The notes under the pieces: generated by a model
Told to the model about the DNA's origin: nothing
Seen by the model: only the letters and a program-made list of their open reading frames with translations
The model's database searches: none
Shown: positions 37,614 through 49,715 of the stretch, piece by piece
Layout: every line of letters starts with the position of its first letter
Numbering within the stretch: position 1 is the stretch's first letter
Made by a program: the position numbers and the translations under genes
Assembly (NCBI GenBank): GCA_049999805.1
Contig: JBNGIO010006246.1
Span: 275,587-339,586, forward strand
Length of the DNA: 64,000 nucleotides
Reading direction: 5' to 3'
Source: Folioceros fuciformis
Lineage: Eukaryota

Positions 37614-39563
37614 TCATCTTTGTTTAACACTTACAATGTGTTCCCATCGTCCATCAAGAGACGCAACCTGCTCCTTCTGAACAGGAGAGATGTGGACCCG
37701 CTTGTCAAGTACTGGGGCACTCGGCTTCTTCTTCACAGTTGCTATGTGCTCCCACTTTTGAGGTCCAGGAGCAGCTACCTTCTTTTGGACAGCAGCTACG
37801 AGGTCCCGCGTTTCAAGATCAGCAGCACTCACCGCCTTCTTCATAGTTGCTATGTGCTCCCAATCACCAGGCACGGGGGCAGCTATACTGTTTGATTGAG
37901 TCCCCTCGGCTGCTTTGGTCTCCTTCCCAAACCCACATCTTTTGTACATCAGCAGTACTGCCGTATCCAAGTCAGAATCTGGCTCCACCAGAATCTTTGC
38001 AGCCTGAGATTGAAGCCATTTGCCAACCTCTACCGCTGCTGGTACTGTACAAGCTTCTAGCAGTTTGATGAATGTGGTCTGTGTTGGTGTGTGTCCATCT
38101 TGTAGCATGCGAGGGAAGAGCTCATACGTTTCTCCGTACTCTCCGTTCAAAATATATCCTGCAATCAGCATGCTCCAAGTAACGACATTCTTGCGGGAAA
38201 GACTGTCAAATATCTGGCGGGCTTGTTGCATATTCCCAAAGCTTGCATACATGTGAATTAGATTGGTGCCAACACTTACATCAGTTTCAAGTCCAACCTT
38301 TCTGACAATAGCGTGGATCTGTGTTCCCTCAACAACAGCTGCATCTTTCGCGCATGCAACCAGTACTGCGCCGTAGGAAGATCGATTTGGGCGGACTCCT
38401 TCGAGCTGCATCTGCTGGAAGAGCTCACGAGCCTCCTTGCACAAGCCATACTGATTGCAACCTGAAATCATAGCTGTCCAGGAAACGACATCTCGTGTCG
38501 ACAGCTTCCTGAACACGATGTGGGCATCAAGTATGGCTCCACATCTAAGATACATGCATTGGACTGCAGTTCCCACGATAACATCCGACTCAAATCCCCT
38601 TTGTACAACATCTCTGTGAATCAGCTTGCCGTGATTCAAATGCCCCGCATCGGTGCAAGCATTGAGAACACACACATATGTGATCTTGGTTGGTTTCACA
38701 CCTGCACTCTGCAACTTCCGATAGAGTGTGAAGGCCTTCAAAGTATGCCCATTACTGGCATAGCCAGCGATCATTGCATTCCATGACACCACGTCCCTCC
38801 TCAGCATGCTGTCAAATACCTGGCGTGCTGCCTCTACATTCTGACATTTAGAATACATGTCAATCAGGGAATTCTGCACAAACTGGTTTAGATTAAGCCC
38901 CTCATCACAGATGAGCCTGTGAACTCGCTCACCATCCTCTAGACTTCTCAACTTTGCACAAGCGCTAAGCACAGAAACAAGAAGCTGACCAGATGGCTTC
39001 ACATCAGAGTCCTGCATCTCGAAGAACAAGTTCAACCCTTCTCTACCTTGATCATTTAGCACATAACCAGTTATCATTGCAGTCCAAGAAAACAAATTAC
39101 GCCTTTCCATACTATCGAATTCCCTCCGAGCACGCTCTGTGTGGTTGCAGGATGTGTACAAGCGGATGAGATTGTTCCTGAAATATTTGTTGGCATACAG
39201 ATTATGTTTGATCAACAACGTGCGTACCCTCTCGCCCTCTTTGAGCACTTTCCTTTTTATACAGGTCTGCAAGATCAGACCAATCGTCTCGCTGTCAACC
39301 TGTAGGTCATGCTCATCTATTAGGTTCAGTGCCGAAGCCAGCCTACCCTGGTAACAGAGTTTCCGGACATCCAGGGCAACCGCCCTTGAAATCTCTGTGG
39401 GTGCAAGCCCACCTATCAGCTCAGGACCCGACACATTTTCCACCTCATGCAGAACTTCTGTGGCCAGTGCTGCCCGAGCAGCAAATCCATTTGAGCCGAT
39501 ACCCTGCATCATGGGGCCTCTTGCATCCACACGCTGAAGCCTGACACATCTGACCAGTCGCAA
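37614..39563 (-). CDS. PLS-class PPR protein lacking E/DYW, with a repetitive C-terminal tail; true start uncertain
   Basis: PLS repeats (NSLIDMYSKC, DVVSWNAMIAGY); the tail has three WEHI-containing repeats. Confidence 0.9.
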   Translation of the reverse strand: MRLVRCVRLQRVDARGPMMQGIGSNGFAARAALATEVLHEVENVSGPELIGGLAPTEISRAVALDVRKLCYQGRLASALNLIDEHDLQVDSETIGLILQTCIKRKVLKEGERVRTLLIKHNLYANKYFRNNLIRLYTSCNHTERARREFDSMERRNLFSWTAMITGYVLNDQGREGLNLFFEMQDSDVKPSGQLLVSVLSACAKLRSLEDGERVHRLICDEGLNLNQFVQNSLIDMYSKCQNVEAARQVFDSMLRRDVVSWNAMIAGYASNGHTLKAFTLYRKLQSAGVKPTKITYVCVLNACTDAGHLNHGKLIHRDVVQRGFESDVIVGTAVQCMYLRCGAILDAHIVFRKLSTRDVVSWTAMISGCNQYGLCKEARELFQQMQLEGVRPNRSSYGAVLVACAKDAAVVEGTQIHAIVRKVGLETDVSVGTNLIHMYASFGNMQQARQIFDSLSRKNVVTWSMLIAGYILNGEYGETYELFPRMLQDGHTPTQTTFIKLLEACTVPAAVEVGKWLQSQAAKILVEPDSDLDTAVLLMYKRCGFGKETKAAEGTQSNSIAAPVPGDWEHIATMKKAVSAADLETRDLVAAVQKKVAAPGPQKWEHIATVKKKPSAPVLDKRVHISPVQKEQVASLDGRWEHIVSVKQR

Positions 39564-40579
39564 ATGTCAACCAAGCTGTAAGAAATCCAAAACCCCAGAA
39601 ACGGGTCAAGTCTAAAGACGTACCTGGCACTCAAGGCACCTTGAACTCCGCAAAGCACATTGTAGCAGGATGCATGATGCTGCCCAGAAACCCAAGCTCC
39701 AGACTGGAAAAACACAAGCCCACGGTGACAATCTTGAGTTGCGATGTAACCCCGCCTTCTGCCAGATTCAGGGTCATACAGTTCATGATTCATACCGTTC
39801 CCCTGTTTCGGCAGGTCCACACCAGTTGCTGCAACACATCTCCCCGCTTCTTCCTAGCTGCTTCAAGATCCAGACAGGCCAACCCAGTCCAGTCTCTAGC
39901 TAGCTGCGATAGCCGCCAACACTGCGTTAACGTCTCAAGTGGAACCGACATTGTAGGGACGATAAATGCCCTCTACTAATCCAGAAGAATGGTGCCAAGA
40001 TCGTACCATTACGCAGTTCATGATGCAAGACGGAGAAGCTTGAACCTTGAGTTGGCGGTTGGGACATAGTATGGTGTGGCGAGATGAAGCAGGTTGCGAT
40101 GTTTGCAAATGGGCCCGACTAGGTGATTGTGCCTCAGCCCCAAGCATAGCCGGATTTACTGTCCGGCACAAATGCTAGAGCTCGACTAGTAAGCGTTTCC
40201 CGAAATCCAGTCGTTGGTCGATCAGACTCAACAGAAAAGTTTCAAAACTCCTCACCGATTTGGGCCATAATCCAGTGTGGCACCCCATCTGAGTGCACCT
40301 TTGGGATATACCATTTCCACTATCTAATGGTTGTCAAACAGGATAGCAGACATGTCTGGAAAAAACGCACCGATATGGTCAATGGCCCGAGCTAAGTGCA
40401 GGATGAAGATGCTCAGCTCGATCTGGCATGCAAGGCAATCCCGGGTTCTCACAGGCCTACCAGACGTAGATCTCTTCACGACCCGCTCTGTCATATGTGG
40501 GTTTGTGAACGACTCTGTACGTGTTCTGTTGATCAAGCGGGGCATTCGACCATTTTCACTTTGTGTCCAATCCGCAAGA

Positions 40580-42860
40580 CTATGCTCTGAAATGTATTAA
40601 GTCGGGGTTGATTTCCGGAGGTGAGGGTCTCTTAGAAGGATACTCTTCCAGGGATTTCGACAGGTTTATTGCATCCGCTAAGTATGCGGCATACTTCCTG
40701 CTGGCACTCATCTCCTGCTCCAGCTCCACATAAATGCTGCGAGTTTCGTTGCCATGGAGTTGTAAGGATCCGGACTCCTCAGCCCAGATTTCTTCCAGAA
40801 ACTTGCAACTGATGTGGCATTCCCCTGCTGTGGAAGCGGCAATGGGTAGGGGCACGACGAGGGTATTCAAACACGAGTCCTTCAAGGTCCACTCTCCAGT
40901 GTACCAGTCGAAGTCGTACAAGGGCAGAAATCTCTGACCCTGGTCAGCGACGAATTCTATGGCCGACAGAATGAAGTGGAACTCGTCGTCGGTTATGAAG
41001 AAGCCGAAGCTGAGCCTTGCCCACCCAGGCTTCACACCGATGTGGCCCTGCGGTAAGGAGACACATCCCATTATTAGTCCAGGACTGTTGGGTGGTCAGG
41101 AAACATAGCAAAACATAGCAGATTCTTGTTCCGCTCACCTTCCTAATCGCTTCCCGAAACGCCAAGGATTCGTCGTCGTCGATGTTCAGTAGGTAGTGGC
41201 CGTAAGGTGCTGCACAGGCACACCCAGCTCTCGCTTGTATCCCAAATAAATCATTCAATAGCCTAACAACAAAACGGCAGTGTAAAGGTTTCCCAACAGC
41301 TATTCTGCTCTCCCCGATGTTGTCAGAGCAGGCCTCCAGCTCTCTGGAGTACACCAGAAACGACAAAATGGCACATCGTTTCACTTCGGTGTTGCCAAGA
41401 ATGTGAACATAGGGATTCTTCTGCAGCCTCCTGATCGCAGTTGTGATGAAGTAGTGTTCTCTTTCGTCGATAAGGTCATGACCGATGAGCTCTTTCACCC
41501 AGAAAGCTAGAGCTGCCCTCACTTTTTGCAGTATGGGAGGTGTACCAGCGTCCTCTCGCTGCTCGATATCTTTGGCATAAATAGTATCCTGCAGAAAAGA
41601 GGCAGTCACGTTGACAAAGCTATGATCAATGCGCATGCAGTGCATGTGTTTCAGGGAAGTAGTGCCCGGAGATCACTGTAACAAAACACCTACAGCCTCA
41701 CCTTGGCATGCATGTTGACGTAATCTACGGTTCCACCTCCAGAAGTTGATGGGGGAAAGTCCTTCAGTAGGTACAGATCCTTTGTCATGACCAGAATTCC
41801 AGGGGATCCAGGGCCACCCAAAAACTTGTGAGGGCTCAGAACCACCGCATCATACCCATCCAGCTGCCCAGCACGCATGTCGATTCTGACATATGGGCCA
41901 CTGCAAATTGGACAAGGCGTTATCAGACCCGCAAGAAAGCAAGAAAGAGGAGCACTGCTGCTAGTGAGTTTAAACGGAGGTGTTAAAAGGCATGCCTAGC
42001 TGCAAAGTCGAAGCAGGCAAAGGCGCCGTGCTCGTGTAGAATGCAGGCTATGGCACGCGTGTCTGTTACCAGCCCAGTCACATTACTGGCGGCAGAAAAG
42101 GATCCCAGCTTTGGTCTGCTTCGATAATTTGGATCCTTGAGGGCTGCTCTCAACTTCCTCATATCCAGGCCACTGCCATCATCATTCATAGGTATCTCTA
42201 TGACCTGCACTTCACGCAACGGAGTTTTGTTCATCCCAACTATTTTCTGGCTGCAAATGGCAAACTCTGGTGAAACCGTCATACCTCAGCCAAACTCTCG
42301 CGCCAAGAAAGCAGATTTGAGTGGTGTTCATATGGTCCCACAAACACCACCCACTTTTCAGCGTCAACCAGCATTTCCCCAACTCTTGAGGTCAGAATTG
42401 ACGGCACACATACTCCCAAGCATTCCTGAAGCCTTTTCAAAGCTGCTGTGGTCCCACTTCCACAGTAAAATATAGCTTCGTCTCGTGTGGCCCCAAGGCA
42501 ATGCTTAATGAAGTCGCTTGCCTCATGAGCAGCATAGGTCATGGCTTTCCCCACATGACTGTCTTCTGTGTGGGTATTGCCTGCGAGAACAGAAATTACA
42601 GAAACCAAGTTCATTGGCATCTTTCCTCGGTGCACAAGCGAATACTCCAATTTCCAGCAAACAAAGGCTGAATTAAAGTAGACGCACCATAGAATGGAAG
42701 TAAGGTCTGCGCTATGAAGTTCTCCACGTGGAGAAGGGGCTGGCCCGACGCTGTGTGATCCGCATAGGTGAGCAGCCGTGTGGTCCCAAATGCCGTCCGA
42801 AACTCTATTGCTCGTCCTGGAATTTGAGACCTTATCCAAGCACATGCAGCTGCCTCGCTT
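40580..42860 (-). CDS. PLP-dependent class V aminotransferase / cysteine desulfurase-like domain (C-terminal part of the ABCG fusion)
   Basis: Motifs YADHTASG, GNTHTEDS, EHHSNLLSWRE, FSAASNVTG, DFAA, SPHKFLGGPG, EDAGTPPI, QARAGCACA and KPGWARLSF. Confidence 0.9.
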
Positions 42861-43039
42861 GGTTTCTCATTCTTCCAGATAGGTGGCAGCAATTCATCAT
42901 TTTCCAGAGTCAGCTTGAGAGGCAACACAGCATCGCCTGCCGATGTTCTCCTTGTCAACCATCTCCCTTTCCAACGGGTCAAGGTTTGATGCGGAGACCT
43001 TGGAACGACTTTGCAACCTCTTCGTCTTGCTGAAAAGAA

Positions 43040-46000
43040 CGTGAGAGCTGGTCTCAAGTTCTCACTCAGCTTGACTGTGATGTAGAACAGGGCACGGTAG
43101 AGAAAGACTTGTATAAAAACGATACCCAGGTTCATCCATTTTCCCCGGCCATCAGGCACTTGGAAATCCCTGTACACTATGTCTTCTCCTCTGATCAACT
43201 GCTGATTCAGTGGATAACCTTTGGACTTGAACGTCAGTCCCAGAAAGTCGTTCTCGTATAACCCCTGCACCCATAGCACAGTCGGTAACACACGTTTCAT
43301 GACAAAAGCGTATAACTGCTGCGATCTGTCACTCCTGACCTGAAATCCGTAGGTGTGAAACGCAATGTATGACATAGGATACCGCCAGATTGGTTTAGGC
43401 AAATCCCGAGGAAGGCGGAAAAAGCCTCCATTAAGCATAAGGAAACCCTGCAGCACACGAGGTGTCATGCACGTATCTAGACTTCGAATGAGAGGGATTT
43501 TTTCAAGGCGTCTTGAGTCTCGAGGGGATATGTCTTGAGTCTGTCAAGATGTTCCGTCTCGCAAGGGGTTGAGTGGCGAACCTGAATTCCAGCTCCTACG
43601 ATGATTCCCATGAGGAAGTTTGGAATGACTGCCGAGATGGCCATCATCATGCCCTCCACGGCAGATGTAGTTGCAAAGATCACGAGGACGAAGTAAGAGA
43701 AGTGAATGATGCCCGGATGCAGGCCCACTAGGAAGTACATGGCCGCTCCGGAAACACAGGCAATGAGTAACAGAAACGGCAAAGAAGATAGGGTGTTGCT
43801 CATCACAAAAGCTCCAACTCCATAGTGCCCGTTGAGTCGCTCCCGAGAGAACACCTAGAACTCCCCCACATCAGCATCTTTCTTCAGAAGGAGAAACGTG
43901 AATTGGAACTTGACTTGCTGCAATAGCTCCACTTGCCTTCATCTCTTCTACGAACGAAGGGAATCCACCGATTGCCATGAAGGTCAGGAATGCAATCACA
44001 AATGACAAGCTTGAAGCTCTTGCCTGTGTGACGTTTCAGACATGTGCAACACTTTCAGCGAACACTTACAGCAAATGGCCTATCAAGTACCGTGATCTAT
44101 GGAACGGAAGAGGAAATCCAGATCGATAAAGCAAACTTGAGAGACGAATTCATGGATACCTGAATGGCATCGTAGTCGGTGCCAACATCATAGTATATAG
44201 TTCCAATGGCAAGGCACAGTGCAACGTACATCAAAAGGCGAAGCCAGTAATAGCCCAAATCTCTTGACATGTTTGTGAAGGACCTGCGAGTGAGTGTGTA
44301 GCACTGCATCAAGGCGTTTGCTTTAGTTCCGGCTGATTCCCACATTGGCCCATTCTGCAAAACAAGGTTGAATTCCAAGCGTGAACACTGCGCTCCTGCA
44401 CTCCAAGTCGCACAGATCTCAAATTGAAGTCTAGCAGTGTCCTTGAACATCACTTTGGAATCCAGATATAACAATACCGACCATCTCAGCGATCTGCCGA
44501 GCCTTCTCTTCAGCAAGCTTGAAGTAAGAGGACGTGCTGTAATTGGCCACAAGAATTTCCGTGCGTTGAGATGTGGAAATGGCACGTAGGGGTTGAGCTT
44601 GCTCAAGATCAATGTCGTGGTTCCCTCCAGCAACATCCTGCGAGCATTTCATCCAACAGTCCTAAGACACCGAAAGCGCTAGATATTTCAGCTAGCTGGC
44701 CGCGGGAAACAGGGAAACAATCTTTCACCTTCTGAAATTGGGCACTCGTTGGAATAGCTGCCGACACATGGTCAAAGTCCGAATTGATTGCGCGAAGGAA
44801 ATGATCAGCAGGATTGCGCCATTGCGGACAAGGTAATCCCACATCCTCAAAATGCTGCTCGAGATCGTAACAAGACACAGGCCAACAAGAAAGGAGCCTT
44901 CAGTATGATTGTGCATGAGGTGAGATGCTCTTGAACCGGCCGTGAAACTTTTACCTGGTGAGCTTCCGCAGCTGAACCGAAGTATACAGTCTTCCCTCCA
45001 GAGATGAGCAAAAGGATGTCGAAGAGTTCGAACACCTCACTGCAAGGCTGGTGAAGGGAGGTGATGATGGTACGGCCATCTCGAGCCAGATTCTTCAACG
45101 CGGTTGTCACAAAGAAGGCTGCAGCACTGAAAGTCTTCAAGCATTCAATTACGCAAGCTAGCACCATTCTGAATTGATTGCACTGCTACTTCAACGCGTC
45201 CTCAGATCATCCCAAACCAAATGCATGGAATCCAATGGCGCCGTGCGATGGAATGCAATCTCCGGACGTGTACCGTAGATACCTGTCCAAACCACTTGTG
45301 GGCTCGTCCAGAAGCAGTAATCGAGGCCTGGTGAGCAGCTCTAGAGCAATTGTCACTCGTCTCCGTTCACCACCACTTAAGCCTTTCATATGCCAATTGC
45401 CCACAGGGGTGTGGACAACATCACGCAGACCCATGTCGTTGATTGCGCTGTCGACAATGCCCATCTTTTCATTCCTTGACATCCCAGCCGGAAGCCGGAA
45501 GAAGGCACTGAACGTCAGTGTCTCCAAAACGGTTAGCGTTCCCAACAAGGTGTCGTTCTGTGTCACGTAAGCCTACAGTAACACACATTCTCCAGATTCT
45601 CAGACTTCACTTCGGCATCAAGACGATCCTCTGTGACGCGATGATGTGACATCCTCCGAATACAAATGCCCTCAGACTACTTTTGTCCCTCAAACCAACA
45701 ATATGTAAAACATCCTGCTCCACAAATCAAGACCACAAGACCGATCGTCCAAACACCTTACCGCAACACCGTAAGCAAGTCCCTGTCTCTTGCCATTCAG
45801 GAAGATGTCTCCTGTCTGCCTCACATTCTTGGACAGCCTCCCTACCAGTCCAACCACATCCGAGCCGGTGCAGTCAGTGGCAAACTTCCTTATTTGTCAT
45901 ATTCACTTCTTAGTGGACTGTAACAACTGATATCTTCCTTAGCCCCCATTTGTGTGCACAGCACCCCACTCCACGACTCAAACACCCTCAACAAACGTAG

Positions 46001-46238
46001 ACTTACCGGCCAGAGTGTCCAGAAGAGTGGACTTTCCAGATCCCGAGGGCCCCATTACAGCAGTAATGGTGCCAGGTTCAGCATAGCCTGTGAGGCCATC
46101 AATGAGAGTGTTCACGGTACCCCCCCAAGACACCGTGACAGACAGATTGGACCAAGCCAAGTAGGCACCCACTTCAACCTCCTTGCCTTTCCCTTTCCCT
46201 TTCCCTGTCCCCTTCCCTGGCCTCGGGCTGAGCTCCAT
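43040..46238 (-). CDS. ABCG half-transporter (ABCG11/WBC-like), reading on without a stop into the PLP enzyme
   Basis: Walker [76 protein letters not shown] and [17 protein letters not shown]. Confidence 0.95.
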
Positions 46239-47684
46239 CAATTTCCCGAGCACCAACAAGTCCTACTCAAACCTCTGACAGATCCGGGTAGCCTTTACAG
46301 GCGACAGCTTCACTTTCTGCATCGATCAAATTCAAAATGATGCTCGTAAATGAGGCTCCATGTTTGGAGATTCATGTCACCAACCGGAAGCAACCATGGA
46401 TCACTACGCGTAGCGTTATGTACGAAATTCTGAGACTCTAAAGCGCAAAGTTGACGACGGATGAACGATACAAGTCCGCAACAAATGGCTCGCTCACCAC
46501 CCTAAACATTTTATAGAATAATTACAATGTTCCTTTTTTCACAATTTCCTAGAAACCGTGTGAGTTCTCACTTTCTATGTTCATTGTTCAGCTTTATTTA
46601 AACCAGAAAACTAGTGCATTCTAAATAACCCTTAAGTTTATTCAAGCTAGATACCTAGGGCTAGGAAGTATCTGTTTTATGTCGGAAGAGTACATGTCTT
46701 TAAATTCTAAGATACTTTTCACATATGTAATAAATTTTCATACCCACTCCATAATATATTATAACTATAATTATAATTAAATAAATAAGATTAAAGATGA
46801 TTGGTTGCAGGATACCTAATACCTACTAATAAAGATTATGAGGAGAATTATTATAAAACAAAGATGTCAAACCCATATACCCTAAAAGTAAGGGGAGACA
46901 ACCTAACCAAATGGAGTAGAAAACATTTCAAATTATAAATGGTATATTTTATAGTTATAATATATATAGTTTAATATGGAGAAATCCCAAAAAATTCTTT
47001 GTTCACATTAACTTCTAAATGACAACTTGTATGGATCAATCACTTTGTCTCTATCCATTCTACTTGAACTAATTCTTGAAGATCTAAAATTTTGTCATGC
47101 TTCACTTATCTCATGATGCACATCTCTACCCATGCTCAATGTTGAGTGTCTTAGTTTACATCCTCCATGACATCCAAGCTTACAACCAAGTCTTGGTTTA
47201 CAACCTTTCATGACATCCTCCATTGACCACCAAGCTTAGGTATAGTATAACATTGTGAGCTCATAGTTTGTTGTGAAGTTTAGGGTTTGTAAAGTTAGGT
47301 TGTAGGTATAAATGAAGACACCTAACAAAGTAAGTTGTGAGTGGTTTCATACGTATGGCAAACCATGGGTGACCTATTTATATTTACTACTCTTATCTAT
47401 TTCAAAAGATATATTTTTTTGTCTCAAATTCGATAAAACTTCATCACCTATTGGTTTGAGATGCTACTAACAAGCTCCCCATTTGTGACATGGGGTGATG
47501 CTAACTGAGTGCATGAACCACCTGATTACAACCCATTGGGAAAAAGGTCTCGTAATGATTTTAACAAGTATTGTTTAGGTTCCATTTGAGTATTGCTTCA
47601 TAATATTTAGGGTAGTTTGAAGTCTTTGTAATAATGCTTTTAAATAACAAAGAGAATATAGTATGAATAGTTAGATATATAATC

Positions 47685-47765
47685 GGGTTTGGGGTTTAGG
47701 GGTTGGTTTAGGGTTTAGGGGTTAGGGTTTAGGGTTTAGTGTTTAGGGTTTAAACCCTAAACCCT
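47685..47765. repeat. Interstitial telomere-like (TTTAGGG)n tract with an inversion
   Basis: About 9 degenerate TTTAGGG units followed by AAACCCTAAACCCT. Confidence 0.85.
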
Positions 47766-48325
47766 ATTTTTAAAAATATAATATGAATACTCAGATATAT
47801 TCAACAATTGTCAATGAAGTTAATATATTCTGTAAAAATATATATCCTTTACTTTTGAAGAGAAAATATTTCTATCATCGAAACATGAGGTGAAAGTTTA
47901 GCTATATATGTGAGGATCGAACCTCACTTTGCGCAAGCGAGAGGTGGGTGATTGCAGTTTTTTGCAATAGTGTCATTTTGTTGGATAGTTTGACGTAGTT
48001 TTTCAAGATGACACTTGTTAGTTATTAGTGTCTCTCCTTAGTCTTAGTGTGTTTGTTTTGTTTGACAATGTGATTATGTTCTTGTGCTTCATGTAGAAGC
48101 AAGCACTCTTTGCTCGTGGAAAGCCGAAGTTCATTTTTGTGATTTGCTCAACAACCTTTTGTAAGTTGAAGGGTTTGGGATTATTGCGTGACCTTTTCGA
48201 GTTGAAACGTTTGCAGTTATTGAATGATTGAGAATGTGGTTTTTGTGTGTGCTTTGCATAGAGATAAGCATAATTATGGAGTTGATGGTGGATTTGCTTG
48301 CTTGTGCAGACCAGATTCGGCAAAC

Positions 48326-49108
48326 ATGCCCAAGAGAAGACAACCAAAATTTCATGAATATCTTCCTCCTGCGATTATACGAAAATTGTCCAAAGAAGAA
48401 CAAGCCAAGACTATCAAGGCTTGTCTGGAGTCCTTCTTGGACCTGACTCCCAAAAGAGAGTTTCCTCCCGGTAGGAATGAGAATGGCGATGGGTCGCTGG
48501 ATAATGATACCAAGCAGACCCAGTCGCTAGTCCGGGAGCAGGGGGCGAAAAATGAGAACGTTGCCGGCCATGGTGCAGGCGCCGTTGCGGATTCACAGCA
48601 CCAAGCTCCTCTGGATGGGTGTGACATGAGTCCGAGGAATATTCAAGCTTCTGAGTTTGAGGTGGGGATGCTGGACCCATCGGACAGGGAGGCCCGGCAA
48701 AGCCCGCAGATTCAAGTTCCGGATTCCGAAGCAGCTCAGGATATGGAGGGCATGGAAACAGACGGCATGTTTGAGACCCAGGCTCTTCCTCAAGCCACAA
48801 GCCCCATGGACAGTGGTTTTGCTGATTATGATGTGTTCCCTGCGCTAACAATGGGTGGAGATCACTTGGTGAGCGAGAAACTCTTGTCGGCAAACGGATC
48901 TAAAGTACAAGTACCGTCACAAGGTGGGGAGGATGCCAATTTGTTGAAGGTTCAGAAGTACCGGTTGGAGGAGCAGTTGCGAGAGATGTTATCCAGACAA
49001 GAAGCTATATCAAAGGAAATTGAAGCTACGCGCCTGAAGATTATGATTGCGGAGGCCGAAGAGGCAACAGTTGCTATCGATGGTGAGCTCCCAGGATCAG
49101 ACTGCTGA
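48326..49108 (+). CDS. Hypothetical protein with acidic disordered middle and C-terminal coiled coil; may have upstream exons
   Basis: Stop-free ORF (294 codons from 48224) and heptad-like KYRLEEQLREMLSRQEAISKEIEATRLKI. No family recognised. Confidence 0.5.
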   Translation: MPKRRQPKFHEYLPPAIIRKLSKEEQAKTIKACLESFLDLTPKREFPPGRNENGDGSLDNDTKQTQSLVREQGAKNENVAGHGAGAVADSQHQAPLDGCDMSPRNIQASEFEVGMLDPSDREARQSPQIQVPDSEAAQDMEGMETDGMFETQALPQATSPMDSGFADYDVFPALTMGGDHLVSEKLLSANGSKVQVPSQGGEDANLLKVQKYRLEEQLREMLSRQEAISKEIEATRLKIMIAEAEEATVAIDGELPGSDC

Positions 49109-49715
49109 GAGGATTCCAGACGCAACAACTGCGCCTCATCAGGCTGTTGCTGCTGTCTCGTTCTGTTGACGGTGTGGGAGGCGACGGGGTTGTAGCCTCC
49201 ACTGAAGATTAGAGTCGGGACCCGGGATCACAGGTTTATCCCGTAGTTGCAAGGCTAGGTTAGTTTGAGCATGCGTAGATGCTGTGGCTGGAAGACGCTA
49301 AGTGTGGTAAGCATCTTGGTGTAGCGCTCTCCATCTCAAACAAATCGCCTTGTGAAACTTTTGCTGTCGGTTCAAGTCGACTTCGTTCTGTACTCCCTTT
49401 TCGCAAGGCCAAGTCTGGTCACAGCTTGGAGTTTTGCGGGTCCAGCAACGCGCTAGAAAACAGAGCTGTGCGACGAAAGAGGACAAGATCATCGTCGAAC
49501 ACAAAGACGCAAAGCAGACGCATCTTCCTCTCATCGACCTCTGCTTGCCGCGTTGTGCTTGCCAGAGCAGCACGCTCTGCCAGCCCAATCCATTTGTGGC
49601 GGATGACAAATTCTCGTCCTTGTATGGAACCGTGAATTGTGAGACTGAGCTTTGGAAATCATCAGAACCTCTTGTGGCGTCCCAGGCCAGCCCTGCCGCT
49701 GAGCTGTAGCTTGGC

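Noticed and set aside
47909-47950. Hairpin gtgaggatcgaacctcac as a possible LTR start or Helitron end
   Set aside because: No second LTR, PBS or downstream CTRR terminus was found.
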